Program-made: the position numbers and the translations under genes | Source of the DNA: an uncultured Acetatifactor sp. | Lineage (GTDB): Bacteria > Bacillota > Clostridia > Lachnospirales > Lachnospiraceae | Direction of reading: 5' to 3' | DNA length: 64,000 nucleotides | NCBI GenBank assembly: GCA_910586435.1 | Contig: CAJUGT010000003.1 | Coordinates: 1,782 to 65,781, forward strand | Shown here: piece by piece, positions 58,078 through 64,000 of the stretch | Numbering within the stretch: position 1 is the first letter of the stretch | Layout: every line of letters starts with the position of its first letter | Notes under the pieces: model-generated | Database searches by the model: none | Seen by the model: the letters and a program-made list of their open reading frames with translations, nothing else | What the model was told of the DNA's origin: nothing

Positions 58078-58296
58078 ATGGTATAATGTCCGCAAAGGGC
58101 AGAGCCAAGCGTCCAAAGACGCAACTGCCAAACTTGTTTGAGCAGATGCGTCTTTGGACATTTGGCAAGCGAAGCGAACCCGAAAAACAGAAGGTTTTTC
58201 GGGTCTCTGCCCGAAGAATCGCAGAAATCATGGAATAAAGTTGACACAGAAATGCATTGTGTCAACTTCTGATTCCAAGTGCGTTTCAGCGCAAGA
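58078..58296 (+). repeat. B module (~150 nt) plus one A unit of the structured repeat family
   Basis: Starts 5 nt after the mnmG stop with ATGGTATAATG. Near-identical to the reverse complement of 18690-18841. The A unit begins at GTTGACAC (58240). Confidence 0.9.
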
Positions 58297-58339
58297 AATA
58301 AATATGTATTAATATTCTTATCTTGAGGAGGGTATATTG

Positions 58340-59260
58340 ATGAGGTTGGTTACACGTTCTGATTTTGATGGTTTGGCATGTGGGGCATTGCTTCTGGAAG
58401 CCGGAATTATTGACAGTTGGAAGTTTGCGCATCCCAAGGATTTACAGGATGGTCTGGTAGAAGTAAATGAAAATGACTGTCTGGCCAATGTGCCGTATGT
58501 GGAAGGGTGCGGATTGTGGTTTGATCATCATTCCAGTGAACATGAAAGGTTGGAGCTTCAGGGAAAATACAAAGGCGAGAGCCGTATCACCCCTTCCTGC
58601 GCAAGGATTATTTATGAATATTATGGCGGCAGAGAACGTTTTCCTCAATTTGATGAAATGATGGAAGCGGTTGACAAGGTGGATTCCGGTAATTTGACTA
58701 TTGAAGAAGTTATGAATCCTGAAGGGTGGATTCTTGTGGGGTTTTTGATGGATCCAAGAACGGGATTGGGCAGGTGGAGACAGTTTTCCATTTCTAATTA
58801 TCAGTTGATGGAGAAGCTTATGCATGCCTGCTGTACAATGAATACGGAAGAAATTCTGGCATTGTCCGATGTGCAGGAACGTATTGAGGTATATCTTGAA
58901 CAGACGGAAAAATTCAAAAAAATGGTTGCGGATCATACAAAAGTAAACGGAAATGTGATTATCTCTGATTTAAGGGGTGTGGAACCTATTTATACTGGGA
59001 ATAGATTTATGATTTACAGTATGTATCCGGAACAGAATATCTCTGTCTGGATTGTGAGCGGAAGGGGCGGAAAAGGCTGTTCTGCGGCAGTGGGATATAG
59101 TATTCTGAATAAGACGTCGGATGTCAATGTGGGCAGTTTAATGCTGAAGTATAACGGGGGCGGACATAAAAAGGTCGGTACCTGCCAATTTACGGATGAA
59201 AATATGGAAACGGAACTTCCTAAAATGTTGGAAGAACTGTGTTCAATGGCAAATACATAA
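58340..59260 (+). CDS. DHH-family phosphoesterase-like protein
   Basis: DHH-type motifs TRSDFDGLACG and WFDHHSSE. GAGGAGGG RBS 7 nt before the ATG at 58340. Confidence 0.6.
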   Translation: MRLVTRSDFDGLACGALLLEAGIIDSWKFAHPKDLQDGLVEVNENDCLANVPYVEGCGLWFDHHSSEHERLELQGKYKGESRITPSCARIIYEYYGGRERFPQFDEMMEAVDKVDSGNLTIEEVMNPEGWILVGFLMDPRTGLGRWRQFSISNYQLMEKLMHACCTMNTEEILALSDVQERIEVYLEQTEKFKKMVADHTKVNGNVIISDLRGVEPIYTGNRFMIYSMYPEQNISVWIVSGRGGKGCSAAVGYSILNKTSDVNVGSLMLKYNGGGHKKVGTCQFTDENMETELPKMLEELCSMANT

Positions 59261-59344
59261 AAATGTTTAACCGTGTCAATTGAATAGTATTGATAAAGCG
59301 GTTTGAATTATGGGCAGGAAAACCGAGAAGAATTGAGAAAAGCA

Positions 59345-60088
59345 ATGGGTATAGAAAATATGAGTGAGAATCAACATCAAAGAGATGAATTCATACAGGA
59401 TTTGAGAATGCTTGACATTGCTTTTTCAGATCTGCAGTTGGATCAGATGACGCAATATTATGAGACTTTAATGGAATGGAATGAGAAGATGAATCTGACC
59501 GCCATTACAGAGTATGGGGATGTGATGAAGAAACATTTCATAGACAGTATTTCCATTGTGAAGGCTTGTAATATGGATGATTTTCATTCTATGATAGATG
59601 TTGGTACAGGTGCGGGTTTCCCAGGGCTTGTACTGAAAATAGTGTTTCCTGGTTTACATGTTACATTAATGGATTCCCTGCATAAAAGGATTCAATTTTT
59701 GAACCATTTAATACAGAAGCTGGGTCTTTTAGATGTGGATACAATTCACGGAAGAGCGGAAGATTATGCAAAGATGGAGCAGTTCAGAGAAGTCTATGAT
59801 TTATGTGTCTCCAGGGCTGTGGCTAATCTTTCCACTCTCTCTGAATACTGCATTCCTTTTGTGAAAAAAGGGGGAATGTTTATTTCGTATAAATCAGAAA
59901 AGGTGGAAGAGGAATTGCCTGCCGCCGCTCATGCAATTTCTGTTCTGGGAGGAAGGCTGGAACGTAAAGTAGAATTCATTTTGCCAAATTCTGATATTAA
60001 CAGAAGTTTTGTGATAATTAAAAAAGAGAACGCAACTCCTTTGAAATATCCAAGAAAAGCGGGGTTGCCGGGAAAAGAGCCGTTATAG
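59345..60088 (+). CDS. rsmG: 16S rRNA (guanine527-N7)-methyltransferase RsmG
   Basis: EWNEKMNLTAIT and SAM motif DVGTGAGFPG. The start is ambiguous (59345 or 59360). Confidence 0.9.
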   Translation: MGIENMSENQHQRDEFIQDLRMLDIAFSDLQLDQMTQYYETLMEWNEKMNLTAITEYGDVMKKHFIDSISIVKACNMDDFHSMIDVGTGAGFPGLVLKIVFPGLHVTLMDSLHKRIQFLNHLIQKLGLLDVDTIHGRAEDYAKMEQFREVYDLCVSRAVANLSTLSEYCIPFVKKGGMFISYKSEKVEEELPAAAHAISVLGGRLERKVEFILPNSDINRSFVIIKKENATPLKYPRKAGLPGKEPL

Positions 60089-60313
60089 CGCATTGCTGTT
60101 ACGGCTCTTTGCGTTGTGTGCCGCAGGAAAAGCAAGTTTTATACAGGGATAAAAAAATAAAGAGAAAAGAAAATATTTTCTTTTATAATGGTGTCAGTTT
60201 TGATATAATATGTTTAAAAGCTCCCGGTATACTGTATCTTTGGTGTTTTATTTAAGGTTTTGCAGGAAATGATTAAGATGAAGATAGTATTTTATATCTG
60301 ATAAGGTGGAAAA

Positions 60314-61303
60314 ATGATATTAGATGATTATAATTCTTTAAGTGAAATATGGAATGAACTATCTCAGGAAGCATCTGAATTGGAAACACAGATTCAATAT
60401 AATCTTCGATGTATCAGGGAAGCGGAAGCTTATGTGGATACTTTTTTAAATTCGGAAACAGAAGATTATAAAGTGTTTTCACCAAGAAAAGCCGAAATTA
60501 TTTATAAAGATGAAATTGAAGAAGCAAAAATGCGAATAACATCTCATGAAGAGAATAACAGGGAATTATATCAAAAGAAAAATGTCATAGATGAAAGAAT
60601 CCGCAGATTAGAGACAATATTAAATCATCAGAACAGGAATTTAACGTTTTTAAATGTGCAGGAAGAGGACAGGCAAAGGATAGCAAGGGATTTGCATGAT
60701 ACATCATTGCAGAATCTCTCCCATTTGATTCATAAGATTGAATTATCTTCAATGTATATAGATAAGGACCCGATACAGGCGAAATTGGAGCTGGCTGTCA
60801 TAGGAAGATGCCTGAGGGATACAATTGATGAAATCAGAGGTACTATCTTTAATTTGCGTCCTATGACCTTTGACAATTTGAGCTTAAAAGATGCGTTGGA
60901 GCAGCTGCTGATGGGTTTGAATGAAGGAGGGAAATATACCATTGTCTCCAATATTCATAATATCTCCTGTGATAATAATATTATTCTGGTTGAAATATAC
61001 CGTGTGGTTTCGGAGATATTCTGTAATATAGAGAAACATGCGGAAGCGGATCAAATTACATTTGATTGTTTTGAGACAGAGGGAAAATGTGTCTTATGTG
61101 TGATGGATAATGGCAAGGGAATGACAAGAGACCATAGTTATAATTCTGATGACCATAAGAAACACTTCGGCATGTCTCTCATGAGGGAAAGGGTGGAATT
61201 GCTCAATGGAACTATTGATATTATTTCCGAAAAAGGAAAGGGTACTAAAATATCTATTGAGGTTCCTTTAAATATTGTGGAGACGAATGGGGTAGCAAAA
61301 TGA
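60314..61303 (+). CDS. cytoplasmic HisKA_3-type sensor histidine kinase (DegS-like)
   Basis: H-box RIARDLHDTSLQNL and ATP-lid GKGTKISIEVPL. No TM segment; coiled-coil N-terminus. Confidence 0.8.
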   Translation: MILDDYNSLSEIWNELSQEASELETQIQYNLRCIREAEAYVDTFLNSETEDYKVFSPRKAEIIYKDEIEEAKMRITSHEENNRELYQKKNVIDERIRRLETILNHQNRNLTFLNVQEEDRQRIARDLHDTSLQNLSHLIHKIELSSMYIDKDPIQAKLELAVIGRCLRDTIDEIRGTIFNLRPMTFDNLSLKDALEQLLMGLNEGGKYTIVSNIHNISCDNNIILVEIYRVVSEIFCNIEKHAEADQITFDCFETEGKCVLCVMDNGKGMTRDHSYNSDDHKKHFGMSLMRERVELLNGTIDIISEKGKGTKISIEVPLNIVETNGVAK

Positions 61304-61944
61304 GTATTAAAGTAATGTTGGCGGATGATCATGTAATGATGAGGGAGGGAATCAGGCAGTTACTTGAATTTGATGGAAGTTTTAAAATAGTTGATGAGGC
61401 AAGCGATGGGGAAGAGTGTCTGGAAAAATTGAAAATATCCAAACCTCAGGTATTGTTATTGGATATTAATATGCCTAAGATGGATGGAATGGCAGTTTTA
61501 TCGGCAGTAAAAAATATGGGCCTGGATGTAAAGATTTTAATATTAACTGTTCATAATGAAATAGAATACTTATTAAAAGCTGTGGATATGGGAGTGGATG
61601 GATATATTCTGAAGGATTCCGAATCAGCTGAATTGAAAAGAGCGATACAGCTGGTATTGAATGGGGAAGTCTATATACCGCCCAAATTGATACCTGCTTT
61701 CAATAACAGACTCATAGCAAGGGATGTGGATAAGGATAAAATAGCTCTATTGACCAGTCGGGAGTTGGAAGTATTGGTACAGGTGGCAAATGGAATGTTT
61801 AATAAAGAGATTGCCATTCACTTAAATATTAGTGAAAGAACAGTAAAAAATCATATAGCCAATATCTTTAAGAAAATTGATGTATCGGATAGAACTCAGG
61901 CGGCGGTTTTTGCCATTAAGAATGATATTATAAAGCTTTTTTAA
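61300..61944 (+). CDS. NarL/LuxR (DegU-like) response regulator
   Basis: Receiver LLLDINMPKMDG, and LuxR HTH LTSRELEVLVQVANGMFNKEIAIHLNISERTVKNH. Overlaps the kinase gene by 4 nt. Confidence 0.85.
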   Translation: MSIKVMLADDHVMMREGIRQLLEFDGSFKIVDEASDGEECLEKLKISKPQVLLLDINMPKMDGMAVLSAVKNMGLDVKILILTVHNEIEYLLKAVDMGVDGYILKDSESAELKRAIQLVLNGEVYIPPKLIPAFNNRLIARDVDKDKIALLTSRELEVLVQVANGMFNKEIAIHLNISERTVKNHIANIFKKIDVSDRTQAAVFAIKNDIIKLF

Positions 61945-62057
61945 GTGAGAAATGGCTTTGTTTTCAATTGCAGTCCCTTTGAACGATTTGTGTTTTGATT
62001 GGGAGTGGTCTTAGCATGTGGAAAAGGAAGATAAGGTGTGGATAGTGTGTGAGTAAA

Positions 62058-63686
62058 ATGATAGAATTAATAAAAAAAAGAGTTTATGATAAAGGTGTTT
62101 TAAAAGTTCTAAGTGAGATGGCAATTTTCATATTAAAGATATGTCTATTTCCTGTTTCTTTTTATTTGCTTTATATTGGAATCAGAGCTTCGTATTATTC
62201 AGCCAGAGACTATAATCAATATATATATGCAGTGCAGGATTCAATAGCTGTTCATATAGGTGTATTTATTTTTTTGGAGATGTCAGTATTTGTCTTACAA
62301 TGGATAAAAGGGTATGTGAAAGATAAAATTCCCAAAGAATCTTTTTGGAGTCATCAGGAGAATTTCTGTAAAATAGTGCTTATTTTGTCTTGCTTTTTGC
62401 TGGTGATAGCAGAGTATTTTTATGTCAGGGAACATCCCTATTATCCTTCCGGGGATCAGCTTAATACCACTGCCGGCTCGGTTTATGCCCGGGAAGGTAA
62501 TTATCTGATGTTTACCAAGGGAGGATATATTGGTCTATATGAGCAGCAAAAAGGTCTTTTATTTTTATATGAAATTTTATTTTCTATTTTTGGCGATTTC
62601 AGATATGATATAACATCAAAATTTCATATATGTTTAAGCGTTATTACACTTCTATCAGGCTATTCTTTTTTGAAAATTGTCATGAAAAGGCCTGTTTACC
62701 GCATTTTATATTGTGGGATGATGGTTTGTTGTCTTCCTTGTATCATATATCTGCCCTATGCATATGGGGATCTTCCAGCCATTTGTTTTAGTATGGTTTT
62801 ATTCTGGGCATTGGCTGCTTATGGGGAGCAAATGAAAAAGCGGTATCTCATATGCGCTTGCCTTATGGCGGCTTTTGCTCTGCTGATGAGAATGCATATA
62901 TGGGTGGTGTTAATAGCCGCAGGGATTGGATTGCTTCTATTGTCTCTGGAAAAGAAAACATTTCGTCCTATTTTGGCGGCTCTGTGTGTGGTATTAGTTG
63001 CCCAGGGAGCAGTCAAAGGTGTGGATAAAATGTATGAATATCGTTCCGGATATGAGAGCGGAGTGGGGATACCATATATTTTGTGGATTGCCATGGGACT
63101 TCAGGAAACGGATGGTAATCCGGGAATTTATAATAGATACCAACAGTCAGTCTTTGGTGATTGTGATTTTAATCAGGAGGCTGCGGAGAAGATAGGTAAG
63201 GAATATATTGCCGCTCGCTTGGAAGAGTTAAAAGAAAATCCTGCCTATGCCAGATATTTCTTTACAACAAAGATTAAAATGCAGTGGACGGAACCTCTGT
63301 TTCAGGGATTGTATGAGACACATTCCTTCAAGGAAGATACTGTAATCCCAAAATTTTATGAAAGCCTGTATTATGGGGAAATTCATGATACAGTTTGGAA
63401 GTTTGCAAATTATTATCAGAGTGTGGTTTATATCTCCTTATTTGTTTTTGTGTCTATGAGTTTTAAAAAATCTAAGACTGTGGGCATTGTGGGATGGATT
63501 CCATTGATTGCTGTTCTCGGGGGATTTCTTTTTAGTATTATCTGGGAAAATAAATGTAGGTATGTCATGCCATATTATGTGTATATTATTTTATATGCAC
63601 CTGTGGGAATAGTTTTTATAGCGGACTGTATGAGAAAACTGATTAGAATAGGAATGAAAAGGATGAAAGTAATGAAAGTAATTTGA
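62058..63686 (+). CDS. polytopic membrane protein, possibly a GT-C-type (ArnT/PMT-like) glycosyltransferase
   Basis: More than 10 predicted TM segments with one large loop. The function call rests only on overall topology. Start taken at the ATG at 62058. Confidence 0.4.
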   Translation: MIELIKKRVYDKGVLKVLSEMAIFILKICLFPVSFYLLYIGIRASYYSARDYNQYIYAVQDSIAVHIGVFIFLEMSVFVLQWIKGYVKDKIPKESFWSHQENFCKIVLILSCFLLVIAEYFYVREHPYYPSGDQLNTTAGSVYAREGNYLMFTKGGYIGLYEQQKGLLFLYEILFSIFGDFRYDITSKFHICLSVITLLSGYSFLKIVMKRPVYRILYCGMMVCCLPCIIYLPYAYGDLPAICFSMVLFWALAAYGEQMKKRYLICACLMAAFALLMRMHIWVVLIAAGIGLLLLSLEKKTFRPILAALCVVLVAQGAVKGVDKMYEYRSGYESGVGIPYILWIAMGLQETDGNPGIYNRYQQSVFGDCDFNQEAAEKIGKEYIAARLEELKENPAYARYFFTTKIKMQWTEPLFQGLYETHSFKEDTVIPKFYESLYYGEIHDTVWKFANYYQSVVYISLFVFVSMSFKKSKTVGIVGWIPLIAVLGGFLFSIIWENKCRYVMPYYVYIILYAPVGIVFIADCMRKLIRIGMKRMKVMKVI

Positions 63687-63725
63687 TTGCTTAGTGGTAT
63701 TCGGTAGTATGTTCGGCAGTTAACT

Positions 63726-64000
63726 ATGTGCTTTAAAATTCTGGATTCATACCTGTTCTGTGGCAGCCAGTTCAGCAAGTCCTGCAAATGAACCATATGC
63801 TTTAAAAGTCTGGATTTTTACTTGTTCTGTGGTAGTCAGTTCAGCAAGCCCCGCAAATGAACCATATGTTTCAAAAGTCTGGATTTTTACTTGTTCTGTG
63901 GTAGTCAGTTCAGCAAGCCCCGCAAATGAACCATATGTTTCAAAAGTCTGGATTTTTACTTGTTCTGTGGTAGTCAGTTCAGCAAGCCCCGCAGATGAAC
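63726..64000. repeat. 69-bp tandem repeat, at least 4 copies, running off the window end
   Basis: Unit boundaries at 63726, 63797, 63866 and 63935. Units 3 and 4 are identical, and unit 1 carries 2 extra nt. Confidence 0.9.

Overview
This window is the chromosomal replication-origin neighbourhood of a low-to-moderate-GC Firmicute. The gene content looks Clostridia/Lachnospiraceae-like, but the taxon is inference. The conserved core is gyrA-gyrB-recF-yaaA-dnaN-dnaA on the minus strand (41.9-51.0 kb), a DnaA-box cluster/oriC (51.17-51.47 kb), then rpmH-rnpA-yidD-yidC-jag-mnmE-mnmG-(DHH protein)-rsmG on the plus strand (51.5-60.1 kb). The left half is more accessory. It holds ogt and a three-gene TerB / P-loop ATPase / DEVH-helicase operon whose architecture matches the Shango anti-phage system (2.6-8.0 kb). 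Next comes a 10-gene Mrp/Mbh-order cation:proton antiporter operon with four antiporter-like subunits (8.1-17.9 kb). It continues with a cytidylate-kinase-like gene, a split chromate transporter, a HIT protein, an XpaC-like + TelA pair and a MoxR-type AAA+ ATPase + VWA/metallopeptidase pair. Then come a TPP-riboswitch-controlled thiM-nudix-thiED operon and a secreted PIG-L deacetylase. It ends with an XRE regulator plus two ABC exporter genes, a LytTR two-component system and a CPA2 antiporter. The right end carries a DegS/DegU-like two-component pair, a polytopic membrane protein and a 69-bp tandem repeat running off the window. The most unusual signal is non-coding: a modular, highly structured repeat family (71-bp 'A' units, a ~150-nt 'B' module and a short GC-rich 'C' module) at five intergenic loci. 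Every copy lies upstream of, and is co-oriented with, the next gene. Unit junctions form extended -10-like TGnTAnnnT motifs, and helices show compensatory substitutions between copies. I saw no tRNA, rRNA, CRISPR array, transposase or integrase. All protein calls rest on motifs I recognise by eye in the supplied translations; no database search was run.
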